A stretch of DNA of 64,000 nucleotides from Gammaproteobacteria bacterium (GTDB lineage Bacteria; Pseudomonadota; Gammaproteobacteria; UWMA-0217): NCBI GenBank assembly GCA_027081275.1, contig JALWKV010000152.1:6820-70819 (forward strand). Reading direction: 5' to 3'. A program made the translations under genes and the position numbers. The notes under the pieces are model-generated. The model ran no database searches. It was not told the origin of the DNA and was given only the letters and a program-made list of their open reading frames with translations. Positions 46,351 through 55,927 of the stretch are shown piece after piece (the first letter of the stretch is position 1; every line of letters begins with the position of its first letter).

Positions 46351-46908
46351 GCGGTAGTTATTGACGATACGCTGAACGCCCTCTTTGAAGGTGGCTGCGC
46401 CGAAATTGATGAGTAGACCCACCGGAAGATTCATCAAACGAAGATAAGTGAGCACCTGCTTTGGGTGGACGGCAGTCATTTTTTCCACGGACTTTAATTC
46501 CACGATGATGCGGTTTTCCACCAACAGATCCAGGCGCCACCCTTCTTCAAAACGCATCCCGTCATATTCGAATGCCACGACCTTCTGTCTTTCGACTTTC
46601 AGGCCACGTCTAGCCCGCATTTCTCACCACCCTTCTACTGCGACGTTCCAATGGCACGCCCTGGCTGGCTTTCGCTCGGTCGGAGTGCTCGACATAGTGT
46701 CGGCTATGCCTGCGCGCTCCTCGGTCGCGAAAGCCACCCATGCCGCACCCTTGATCCGTCTCGCTACGGACGGTGGTGAGAAATGCGGGCTAGCCAAATC
46801 CCGGTAGAGTACAGCTTCATAGACAGACTCCAGAAGACCGGGGCCAAGGCCGGCATGCAGTCTGTAAGCCGTATCCACGATCATCCCGGTAATATCATCG
46901 ATTTCCAC
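46213..46908 (-). pseudogene. GxxExxY-family (PD-(D/E)XK-like) gene split by MITE-1 copy 4; the 3' end runs into the D repeats
   Basis: N-terminal piece MEIDDITGMIVDTAYRLHAGLGPGLLESVYEAVLYRDLA and C-terminal piece RRGLKVERQKVVAFEYDGMRFEEGWRLDLLVENRIIVELKSVEKM…LLINFGAATFKEGVQRIVNNY. Removing the 178-bp element and one TA restores a continuous frame …LYRDLARRGLKVERQ…. Confidence 0.7.
46611..46792. mobile_element. MITE-1 copy 4 (full length, opposite orientation), inserted in the GxxExxY gene
   Basis: TA|gcccgcatttctcaccacccttctactgcgacgttccaatgg…cggtggtgagaaatgcgggc|TA. Confidence 0.7.
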
Positions 46909-47034
46909 TATTCAATGTCCTCCGCGTTCTCCGCGTCTCTGCGTGAGTTTCCCCAAGCAAGGTGGCGCCTTCTGCCCCGAACTGTTTGATTATTATCCCG
47001 TGAACCCGAGGGAGGGATTCTCGGTTACAAAGTG

Positions 47035-47058
47035 AAAAGGCTCCCGAAGGAGCCTTTT
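47035..47058. terminator. Bidirectional rho-independent terminator downstream of actP
   Basis: aaaa-ggctcc-cgaa-ggagcc-tttt. Confidence 0.6.
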
Positions 47059-47084
47059 CACACGGTACGGCAATGGATCTTTTG

Positions 47085-48815
47085 TCAGTGATCCGCCGCC
47101 GCGCCAGCACCCGCCGGAACCCGGAAGTTCTCGACCATGCGCTGGATGTGGTCGGGCGCCGGTCCCGTGACTTTCGATACCGCGTAGGCGACGGCAAAGT
47201 TGACGATCGCGCCAACCACGCCGAAGGCCTTGGGATCGATGCCGAGGAACCAGTTCTTCGGCATGCCCATCATGAACTCCGTGCCCTTGATGAACATGAT
47301 GCCGTGGTGCTGGAACACGTACAGCAGCGTGATGCCCATGCCGGCGACCATGCCGGCAACGGCGGCCTTGCTGCCGATGTTCTTGGAGAAGATCCCCATC
47401 ATCAGCGCCGGGAATATCGATGCCGCGGCGAGGCCGAACGCCAGCGCCACCGTTCCCGCCGCGAAGCCGGGCGGATTGAGCCCAAGATAGCCGGCCAGCA
47501 GGATCGACAGCGTCATGACGATGCGACTGGCGAGCAGTTCGCCCCGTTCGCTGATGCCCTTGACGAAGACGCCCTTCATCAGGTCATGCGAGATCGACGA
47601 CGATATCGCCAGCAGCAGTCCGGCCGCGGTCGACAGCGCTGCGGCCAGACCACCGGCGGCCACCAGCGCGATGACCCAGTTGGGCAGGTTGGCGATTTCC
47701 GGGTTGGCCAGCACCATGATGTCGCGGTCGACCTTGACCATCTCGTTCTTCTCCTTGTCGGCGACATACTGGATCTTGCCGTCGCCGTTCTTGTCCTCGA
47801 ACTTCAGCAGGCCGGTTTTCTCCCAGTTCTTGAACCACTGCGGACGCTCGGCGTAGACGAGGTTTTCACCCGGCGCCGGCTCGATGGTGTGGTGCAGGTT
47901 CAGTCGGGCCATGGCGCCGACGGCCGGGGCGACGGTGTAGAGCAGGGCGATGAAGACCAGCGCCCAGCCGGCCGAGGAGCGCGCCGCCTTGACCGAGGGC
48001 ACGGTGAAGAAGCGCATGATGACGTGCGGCAGACCGGCGGTGCCGATCATCAGCGACATCGTGTAGGCGAACATGTTGAGCATGCTGCCGAGCTTGGCCG
48101 TGGTGTACTCCTTGAAGCCGAGATCGGTGACGATCAGGTCCAGCTTGTCGAGCAGATACATGTCGGTGCCGACCATCTTGCTGCCGAGGCCGATCTGCGG
48201 GAACGGGCTGCCGGTCAGCTGCAGCGAGATGAACACCGCGGGAACGGTGTAGGCGAAGATCATCACGCAGTACTGGGCGATCTGGGTGTAGGTGATGCCC
48301 TTCATGCCGCCGAGTACGGCGTAGACCCAGACCACGCCCATGCCAATGAACAGGCCGATGGCGTAGTCCACTTCGAGAAAGCGGCCGAAGGCGACGCCGA
48401 TGCCCTTCATCTGGCCGATGACATAGGTCAGCGAGGCAATGATCAGGCAGACGACGGCCACGATCCGCGCCGTCTGCGAGTAGTAGCGATCGCCGATGAA
48501 CTCCGGCACCGTGAACTTGCCGTGCTTGCGCAGATAGGGCGCCAGCAGCATGGCGAGCAGCACGTAGCCGCCGGTCCATCCCATCAGGAATACCGAGCCG
48601 CCGTAGCCGAGAAAGGCGATCAGACCGGCCATCGAGATGAACGACGCCGCGCTCATCCAGTCGGCGCCGGTGGCCATGCCGTTGAGGATAGGATGCACGC
48701 CCTTGCCGGCGACATAGAACTCGCTAGTCGAGGAAGCGCGGGCCCACCAGGCGATGGCGAAGTAGAGGCCGAACGTGCCGAATACGAATATGTACGTTAG
48801 CGTTTGCAGATCCAC
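47085..48815 (-). CDS. actP: Cation/acetate symporter ActP (SSS family)
   Basis: 576-aa polytopic SSS transporter directly downstream of a yjcH-like gene. Confidence 0.9.
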   Translation of the reverse strand: MDLQTLTYIFVFGTFGLYFAIAWWARASSTSEFYVAGKGVHPILNGMATGADWMSAASFISMAGLIAFLGYGGSVFLMGWTGGYVLLAMLLAPYLRKHGKFTVPEFIGDRYYSQTARIVAVVCLIIASLTYVIGQMKGIGVAFGRFLEVDYAIGLFIGMGVVWVYAVLGGMKGITYTQIAQYCVMIFAYTVPAVFISLQLTGSPFPQIGLGSKMVGTDMYLLDKLDLIVTDLGFKEYTTAKLGSMLNMFAYTMSLMIGTAGLPHVIMRFFTVPSVKAARSSAGWALVFIALLYTVAPAVGAMARLNLHHTIEPAPGENLVYAERPQWFKNWEKTGLLKFEDKNGDGKIQYVADKEKNEMVKVDRDIMVLANPEIANLPNWVIALVAAGGLAAALSTAAGLLLAISSSISHDLMKGVFVKGISERGELLASRIVMTLSILLAGYLGLNPPGFAAGTVALAFGLAAASIFPALMMGIFSKNIGSKAAVAGMVAGMGITLLYVFQHHGIMFIKGTEFMMGMPKNWFLGIDPKAFGVVGAIVNFAVAYAVSKVTGPAPDHIQRMVENFRVPAGAGAAADH

Positions 48816-48826
48816 GTCAGTCTCTC

Positions 48827-49078
48827 CTAATCTTCATGAACATTGTATTTGCGGTCGATCGCATTCATGCGCCAGGCATAGAAGAAGATCAGCACGACAA
48901 AAACGTAGATGGAACCCTGCTGGGCGAACCAGAAGCCGAGCTTGTAGCCTCCAAGGCGGTATTGATTGAGCACGTCCACGAGCAGGATGCCGCAGACAAA
49001 CGAGACGAGGAACCAGATGGTCAGGCAGAAAGCCATCAGGCGGAGGTTCGCACGCCAGTATGAGTTGTTTGGACTCAT
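48827..49078 (-). CDS. yjcH: DUF485 inner-membrane protein (YjcH-like)
   Basis: 83 aa with two TM helices, upstream of actP. Confidence 0.8.
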   Translation of the reverse strand: MSPNNSYWRANLRLMAFCLTIWFLVSFVCGILLVDVLNQYRLGGYKLGFWFAQQGSIYVFVVLIFFYAWRMNAIDRKYNVHED

Positions 49079-49762
49079 CGGTAGTCTCCTAATGTATCGT
49101 TATTGGGACAGACCGTGACACCTGCTGGCAGTGCAGTGGGGCGATGCAGACGGATGGGATGTGGCCGGTTCCGTGATGGCGGGAGGGTTGGTGGAACGCC
49201 CGTCGCAAACACCATCGGCCGGAATCAGACAATCGTCATCGAATCTTCAACTCGCTTGATGTTTGCATGGCAACAGGCTTCTCGGACCTGATTTATCGTT
49301 GTGTGAGGAGGTCGCAAGCGCGAAAGCCTTTGCGGCATCCTCGGGCGGCGGGCGGATCTCCGCCATTTTCCGGCAGCAGTCCCTCGACTCTCCGTGCCCG
49401 CCGTTCGGAGCAATCCGGCTGGGTCGGGTGGCGGCCCTGACGGCGCTCTCGAGTAGTGCCGGCTCATCGCTGCAACCGGCCCGCCGATGTTAGCCAGTTC
49501 ACAAAACCGGAACAATCGGCAATTCCGCATCGTAATAGTGTGTATTCCTCCGGTCAATGATTGATGGATATCGTTTCCCCGTGGATGGCTTCGCTACAGG
49601 CCCCGTGCGAGCGTTCGACCGCCTCGTCCCGTCTCCACGCAGCAGGTTCGGGGGCGTCATTTGCCGTGGTGATACCGCCGCCGTGAGCGGGAACTGGCCA
49701 TCGTCGGTGCCGATAACCTATGCTTTCATAGCAATTACGCCCCATATCCGTTTTTTCCCTGC

Positions 49763-51454
49763 ATGCCCATGATGCTGGAATCCTCCGCGCTCCGACGCCT
49801 GTATCGGTGGCTGCGAACGCCGCTCGAATATCTGCTGTTCGCGCTGCTGCTGGCCTGGCTGAGCAAGCGTTTCTGGCGCGCCGACGGCCTGCCGCCGCTG
49901 TCGTGGCACTGGAGCCCGGAGTTGCCGCTGGCGCTCTATCTCTATTTTCTGCTCCGCAGTTTTCTGCCGCGCGGCCGTTACCGTGGCCTGCTGGCGGCCG
50001 TGCCGGTGGTGCTGATCTATCTTTTTCTCGATGTCTACTACCTGCTGCTCGGTCGCGTCTTTCGCCTCAGCGAGCTGCAGGAGGTGCCGGAGATGATCGA
50101 TGTGCTGCCGTGGTATCAGTCGCTGGGGATCGCGCTGGTGGTGGGACTGCCGCTGCTGCTGGTGGCATCGCGACTGCACTGGCCCGGATGGCGCCGGGCG
50201 GCGGTTGCGCTGGCGCCGCTGCTCTTGCTGGTGGCGGTGATCGCCTGGCGGCCGGGCTGGTTCCTGCGGGGTTTCGATGCCGTGGCGCGGCCGCCGGTGG
50301 TCTGGTCGGACTACTACTCCGTGGGCGCCAACGGGCGCATGACGATGGTGCTCTACCAGACGGCCCGCCGTCGGCAGGCGCTGCAATCGCTGGCCGGATA
50401 TCGTGATGACGCCGCCTATGAGGCCGGTTTCCAGCGGCGGCTGGCGCAGTTGCGGCGGATCGAGGCGCGGCGCAACGTCCATCTGCTGATGCTGGAGAGC
50501 TTCTTCGATCCCAAACGGCTGGAGAATGTCCGCTTCAGCCGCGACCCGCTGCATCCCGACTTTCGCCGTCTGCTGGCCGGCGGCGTCGGCGAATTGTCGC
50601 GCTCGCCGGTCTACGGCGGCTACACGGCGCAGGCCGAGTTCGAGGTGCTCTGCGGCGTGCCGGCGCGGCAGACCTTCGGCACGATCGAGTTCAATCTCTT
50701 CACCGGCGCGCGCATCCACTGCATGCCTGATGCGCTGGCGGCGATCGGCTATCGCACCGTGGCCACGGAGGGGTTCAAGCCGGAGTTCTTCAATGCCCGG
50801 GCGGCGCTGAAGGGCGTCGGATTCGACGAGATCCACTTCCCGCGCGAATACGCGCCGGCCGACAACAGCTACCTCTCCACCGGTGATGTCGAGGTCGAGC
50901 AGTACATGTTCGACGATGTACTGCTGCGGCAGAACCGGGCCTATATCGGCAGCCTGGAAGGGCCGGTGCTGAACTACGTCATGACCATCTACGGCCATCT
51001 TCCGTTCAAGCTGGACGAGACGCTGCGGCCGCGTCTGATCGAAGCCGCCGGCGGGCCGGTCAACGACGATCTGCTGACCATCGCCAACCAGATCTGGTAT
51101 CGCAGCAAGGCCGTTGCCGACCATATCGAGGCGCTGCGCAAGAACGATCCCGACAGCATCATCGTCGTGCTCGGCGACCATCTGCCGCCGATGCCGGAAG
51201 GGAAGGGAAAGTATGACGAGATGGGCTATCTGCCTGGCCATGAGCAGAGCAGCAAGCTGACGCTGCTGGCGGTGTTCGACCGCGGCCGGCAGGTACCGGT
51301 CGAGGCGTTCCACCACTACGATGTGCCGGCGCTGATCTATCGGCTGCTGCTCGACGGCGATTATTGCGAGACCGAGTCCTGCCGCCCGCGTTCGGAGGTG
51401 GAACTGCAACAAGACTACCGCCGCCTGATGGCGCACGCCGTCGGCAAGCCCTGA
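49763..51454 (+). CDS. LTA-synthase / sulfatase-family membrane protein (alkaline-phosphatase superfamily; OpgB-like phosphoglycerol-transferase candidate)
   Basis: N-terminal multi-TM region and a C-terminal sulfatase-like domain. Its TGA stop lies inside the first bases of MITE copy 5. Confidence 0.7.
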   Translation: MPMMLESSALRRLYRWLRTPLEYLLFALLLAWLSKRFWRADGLPPLSWHWSPELPLALYLYFLLRSFLPRGRYRGLLAAVPVVLIYLFLDVYYLLLGRVFRLSELQEVPEMIDVLPWYQSLGIALVVGLPLLLVASRLHWPGWRRAAVALAPLLLLVAVIAWRPGWFLRGFDAVARPPVVWSDYYSVGANGRMTMVLYQTARRRQALQSLAGYRDDAAYEAGFQRRLAQLRRIEARRNVHLLMLESFFDPKRLENVRFSRDPLHPDFRRLLAGGVGELSRSPVYGGYTAQAEFEVLCGVPARQTFGTIEFNLFTGARIHCMPDALAAIGYRTVATEGFKPEFFNARAALKGVGFDEIHFPREYAPADNSYLSTGDVEVEQYMFDDVLLRQNRAYIGSLEGPVLNYVMTIYGHLPFKLDETLRPRLIEAAGGPVNDDLLTIANQIWYRSKAVADHIEALRKNDPDSIIVVLGDHLPPMPEGKGKYDEMGYLPGHEQSSKLTLLAVFDRGRQVPVEAFHHYDVPALIYRLLLDGDYCETESCRPRSEVELQQDYRRLMAHAVGKP

Positions 51455-51625
51455 TCTCACCACAGTTCGTAGCGAGACGGATCAAGGGTGCGGCATGGGT
51501 GGTTTTCGCGACCGAGGAGCGCGCAGGCATAGCCGACACTATGTCGAGCACTCCGACCGAGCGAAAGCCAGCCAGGGCGCGCCATTGGAACGTCGCAGTA
51601 GGAGGGTGGTGAGCAATCCGGGCTA
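51446..51625. mobile_element. MITE-1 copy 5 (left end slightly diverged) wedged between two convergent genes
   Basis: aa|gccctgatctcaccacagttcgtagcgagacgg…ggtgagcaatccgggc|TA. The left end contains the TGA of the + gene. The right TA is part of the TAG of the - gene. Confidence 0.6.
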
Positions 51626-54277
51626 GTGACGGCTCGATGCCGTCGCGCCGATATCGGGCTTGCGATCTTCCGGCTTGCCGAGCGGAGCCATCGCGCCGAT
51701 GAGGCCGGCGGGAAGGCCGGGGAGACTGCTGATCAGGCTCATCGCCACCGATGCTGCGTAGGGGATCGCCTGCACCAGCAGCATCACCACCCAGATGCGG
51801 ATGTCCGGCATCGCGAAGCCGTGGACCATCCACAGGCCCCAGGCGCCGGTCAGCATGGCGATCAGCAGCAGCAGTTCTTCGCGAGCATGGTTGAGCGCCT
51901 GCAGAAAAGCCGAATGGCTGGCCATTTTCGGGGTGCGGAAAAAACCGAGCTTGCTGTTGGTAAAGCCCGTTATCACGGCGCGCGAGATGCCGTGGGCCAG
52001 CGCCAGCCCGGCGATGGCGGCGCCGATGCTCTGGCGCAGGTTGGCGCGCACCTTGAGCTGGTAGAGAAAGGTCAGTTTGATGATTTTGAAGGCGAACAGC
52101 GCCAGCGGAAACAGCGCGAACATCATCAGCGGCGGATCGAAGCGCTCGGGCAGCACGATCATGCCGACGGTCCAGGCCAGCGCGGTGAGGTTGATGATCA
52201 GGCTGAGGCCGTCTGAGACCCAGGGCAGCCAGCCGGCGATGAAATGATAGCGCTGACCGCGCGTCAGTTGCGTCGGCTTCAGTCCCGTCAGTTCGCCGAA
52301 GTGGCGGCGCATGATCATCATCGCGCCATAGGCCCAGCGGAAACGCTGCTTCTTGAAGTCGAGAAAGTTGTCCGGAATCAGTCCGCGACCATAACTGACG
52401 GGAACGTACTGCGCCTTGTAGCCGTGCTCGAACACGCGCAGCCCCAGCTCGGCATCCTCGGTGATGCACCATTCGCTCCAGCCGCCGACCTCCTGCAGCA
52501 CCGACTTGCGGATCATCGTCATCGTGCCGTGCTGGATGATGGCGTTGCGTTCGTTGCGTGTCACCATGCCGATCTGGAAGAAGCCGCGATACTCGGCGTG
52601 GCACATGGCCTTGAACAGGTTTTCGCCGCCGTCGCGATAGTCCTGCGGCGCCTGCATGATCGCCAGTTCCGGATCGTCGGCGAAGGCCGCCGCCAGATCC
52701 CTGAGCCAGTCGCGCTCGACAATGTAGTCGCTGTCGATCACGGCGACGACGCTGGCGCGCGGGTCGGTCTGCGCCAGCGCCACGTTCATGGCGCCGGCCT
52801 TGAAGCCCGCCAGCTTTTCGTAGTGGAAGAAGCGGAAGCGCGGCCCGAGCTTTTCACAGTGGTCGCGCACCGGCTGCCACAGTGCCGGATCGGTGGTGTT
52901 GTTGTCGATCAGCACCACCTCGAAGCGGGGGTAGTCGAGCGCCGCCAGCGCGTTCAGCGTCTGCTTCAGCATCTCGGGCGGCTCGCTGTAGGCCGGGATG
53001 TGCACCGAGACGAAGGGCAGCGCATCGTCGGCGAGCCGTGGCGGCGCGTAGGCGCGGCGCGTCTTGCCGATCCACAGCGCCTCGGCCCACTCGTGGGCTT
53101 CGGCCAGCAGCACCATGATCAGCCCCAGCACCGCCAGCAGCATGACCAGGCCGAGCACGATGCTGCTCCAGGTCAGGTATTGCGCGGTATAGCGGTAGAT
53201 GAGCCAGACCGTGGCCGTGACGGCGGCAAAGGTAACGATGGCGAGAAAGCCGCGACCGACCGAATTGAGGTTGTGGTCGCTGCGCAGCATCGGCCCGAGC
53301 ACCAGCACGGCGAAAACGACCGAGATCGCGGCCAACAGCCGCCACTGTGGAATCTCGACCACCGGCGCGGTGAACGAGAACTTGGGATTGCGCTCAACGT
53401 CGTAGAGCCCCCAGTAGGCGCCGGCGCCGCCTTCCGTTTTGGTCTTCCATGGCTGGTCGAAGGCTTCGATGATGAAGTAGTCCCAGCCCTCGTTCTCCGC
53501 CAGCGCGAGGAAGCGCTTGAGAAACATCGCCTCGTTGCTCAGTGACGGCACCGCGCCCTCGCGCTGACGCCCGTTGCTGGGCCAGCCCACCTCGCCGATG
53601 ACGATCGGCTTGCCCGGATAGGCGGCCTGCAGCTCGCGATAGCGTTGCAGCAGATAGGGCACGGCGGCGTCGGCCGGCAGCCCCTCCCAATAGGGCAGCA
53701 GGTGGACGGCGATGAAATCGACGCGCTGGACCAGCTCGGGATGCTTCAGCCAGATGTGCCACGGTTCCGCCGTGCTCACCGGCATCGGCAGCGAGCGGCG
53801 CACGCGGTCCAGATAGGTCGCCAGCCGGTCGACAGTCAGCGTATTCGTCAGTAGCGTCTCGTTGCCGATGATGACGCGGTCGACCGTGTCCCAGTTCTCG
53901 CGCGCCGCGCCGATCAGCCGCTTCAGCTCCACCGTGTCCTCGGAGACATTGCCGGTCAGATGGGCGCCTAGCGTCACCTTCATGCCGTGCGCCTTGGCCA
54001 GACGCGGGATCTGCACCAGATCGGCCTTGACGGTATAGGTGCGGATGTTCTCGACCTCCCCGTTCAGCAAGGCGAGATCCTCGTCGATCTGCGCGGTGGT
54101 GGGATAGCGGTTCTTCGCCGGGTCATGCTCGGCGCGCAGAGGCGAGAAGGAAACGCCCTGCAGCGTATGCGGCCAGGCGGGATCGTTGTCGCCCGGGTGG
54201 TTGAACGCTGCCCAACCGAGAACCGTCAAGGTCGCAACGATGAGATAGAGCAACAGATTAGATAAGGGGATCTTCAC
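51623..54277 (-). CDS. ndvB: NdvB-like fusion protein: N-terminal GH17-like glycoside hydrolase/transglycosylase plus C-terminal GT2 processive glycosyltransferase (candidate cyclic beta-1,3-glucan synthase). GTG at 54277 or TTG at 54298.
   Basis: N-terminal TM anchor, a GH17-like domain (…VIIGNETLL…IGEVGWPSNG…), multiple TM helices, and GT2 motifs IDSDY (DxD) and QRFRWAYG (QxxRW). This is the same architecture as P. aeruginosa NdvB. Confidence 0.7.
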   Translation of the reverse strand: MKIPLSNLLLYLIVATLTVLGWAAFNHPGDNDPAWPHTLQGVSFSPLRAEHDPAKNRYPTTAQIDEDLALLNGEVENIRTYTVKADLVQIPRLAKAHGMKVTLGAHLTGNVSEDTVELKRLIGAARENWDTVDRVIIGNETLLTNTLTVDRLATYLDRVRRSLPMPVSTAEPWHIWLKHPELVQRVDFIAVHLLPYWEGLPADAAVPYLLQRYRELQAAYPGKPIVIGEVGWPSNGRQREGAVPSLSNEAMFLKRFLALAENEGWDYFIIEAFDQPWKTKTEGGAGAYWGLYDVERNPKFSFTAPVVEIPQWRLLAAISVVFAVLVLGPMLRSDHNLNSVGRGFLAIVTFAAVTATVWLIYRYTAQYLTWSSIVLGLVMLLAVLGLIMVLLAEAHEWAEALWIGKTRRAYAPPRLADDALPFVSVHIPAYSEPPEMLKQTLNALAALDYPRFEVVLIDNNTTDPALWQPVRDHCEKLGPRFRFFHYEKLAGFKAGAMNVALAQTDPRASVVAVIDSDYIVERDWLRDLAAAFADDPELAIMQAPQDYRDGGENLFKAMCHAEYRGFFQIGMVTRNERNAIIQHGTMTMIRKSVLQEVGGWSEWCITEDAELGLRVFEHGYKAQYVPVSYGRGLIPDNFLDFKKQRFRWAYGAMMIMRRHFGELTGLKPTQLTRGQRYHFIAGWLPWVSDGLSLIINLTALAWTVGMIVLPERFDPPLMMFALFPLALFAFKIIKLTFLYQLKVRANLRQSIGAAIAGLALAHGISRAVITGFTNSKLGFFRTPKMASHSAFLQALNHAREELLLLIAMLTGAWGLWMVHGFAMPDIRIWVVMLLVQAIPYAASVAMSLISSLPGLPAGLIGAMAPLGKPEDRKPDIGATASSRH

Positions 54278-55145
54278 GGGTTCCCGATGGCATGCCAATG
54301 AGGAGGGTCGAAGATTCTATCGCGTCCGTGGGATCGAAACGTCGAAGGTTTCACAGCGACCGCTTTGATTTCAGTTGTTTACAACTGAAGGTGTCTCGAG
54401 CCGCTTCCTCGGACGGGATGTCGTGCATTCGACCCGAAAGCCACTGCGGAAAACCGTGAACCATTGTCAGCGCCATCATAACGCATGCGGTTCCGGTGAT
54501 TGAACCCGTCGGATGATACTCGGGAAGGTGGAGAGAAGTGCGGAGGGGTTTTTAAGAGGCCCAAAAATAAAGCTGACGCCGAAGCGCCAGCTCAGGTCCA
54601 GCCCCCACTGGAATACAAGGACCGGGTCAAAACGAACATGTCGTCAATAGGGACGACCGTTTCCGGCAACGCACTCAGCCAGCACTCTGCAACCAACCCC
54701 CGTTGTTACACAATGCTGATACGCCACCGGCCTGACTGATGTCGTCCCGGTGTGTGGATGCCGCCCTGGCGGGAGGCCCCCGTCCGGCCGTTCTTGTTCG
54801 ACCCGGTAAAATGGCAGAAGAACGGATGAACGACCTTCTGCAGCCACGGCATTGATGACCCAACCGCCATGACTGGGGATAATTTAACAAGCGATGACAA
54901 TGGTTACAGTAACCCGTGACAACTAGTCGAAATGTTTCAATAATAGAAGCCGTGTCTACAGCGCTGATGTAACGTGTTGAAAGAACGGTGGATATCCGTT
55001 ACCCGACTAGGGTTCTCCCGGATGGGTGGGATTAGCCCCAATGGGCTAGTTTGCCCATAGGGGTGCTGGTGCTGGACATGTGTGGCCTTATGATATCGCT
55101 GCGGTGCAACGGCGCTGTTCTTGCGGGGTTGCGATTGGGCGGGGG

Positions 55146-55817
55146 ATGACATTGAGATTTCTGGTAGCCGATGATCACGAACTGATACGCGAGGGATTGA
55201 GCGCCCAGTTGCGGACGATCAATCCCGACGCGCAAGTCGTCTCCGCGGCGAGTCTCGACGAGATGTGGGACGAGGTCGAGCGCGAAGGCGCGGTCGACCT
55301 GCTGCTGCTGGATCTCGGCATGCCCGGCGGCGACGGCATGTCGGCGCTGGCGCGGCTCTGCAACCGCTATCCGGAGATGCCGGTCGCCGTTGTCTCCGCC
55401 TCCGAGGATCGCGCCACGATCGAAAAGGCCATCGACCACGGCGCGGCAGGGTACATTCCCAAGTCAATGGCGATGAACGTCATGGTGAACGCCATCCGCC
55501 TCATCCTGTCGGGGGGCGTCTACCTGCCGGAAACGCTGTTGCGCGGCAAGGGCGATGCTCCCACGAAGCCCGATGACGCTTCCCGCGGTGACGAACGGAT
55601 CACGCCCGAGTCGCTGACCCAGCGTCAGATCGACGTGCTCTGCCTGATGTGCGAAGGTCTCTCCAACAAGGAGATCGCCCGTCGGCTCGGCATATCCCCC
55701 CACACAGTCAAGATCCATGTCGCGGCGGTATTGAAAGGGTTGCATGCAGACAACCGAACGCAGGCCACGCGCCTTGCGGACAAGTACGGCCTGTGCTCAG
55801 GGCGCGGCTCGGCATAG
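55146..55817 (+). CDS. NarL/FixJ-family (LuxR-type HTH) response regulator
   Basis: REC domain (…VADDHELIREG…DLGMPGGDG…) with a C-terminal LuxR HTH (…EGLSNKEIARRLGISPHTVKIHV…). Confidence 0.85.
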   Translation: MTLRFLVADDHELIREGLSAQLRTINPDAQVVSAASLDEMWDEVEREGAVDLLLLDLGMPGGDGMSALARLCNRYPEMPVAVVSASEDRATIEKAIDHGAAGYIPKSMAMNVMVNAIRLILSGGVYLPETLLRGKGDAPTKPDDASRGDERITPESLTQRQIDVLCLMCEGLSNKEIARRLGISPHTVKIHVAAVLKGLHADNRTQATRLADKYGLCSGRGSA

Positions 55818-55927
55818 GAGTCTGTCCAGCCGGATTCGCCCCCTGTGGTTTTCGCTTCAAACAACCTGGTCGGACCGCCCTGGGCAACAGGGTGGCGTGA
55901 CGCACCTCCCCACTACGGACAGAAGAA

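Noticed and set aside
54291-54298. ATG at 54291-54293 as the start of the NdvB-like gene
   Set aside because: It is out of frame with the ORF. The in-frame candidates are TTG at 54298 and GTG at 54277, the latter having a GGGAA RBS at the correct spacing.
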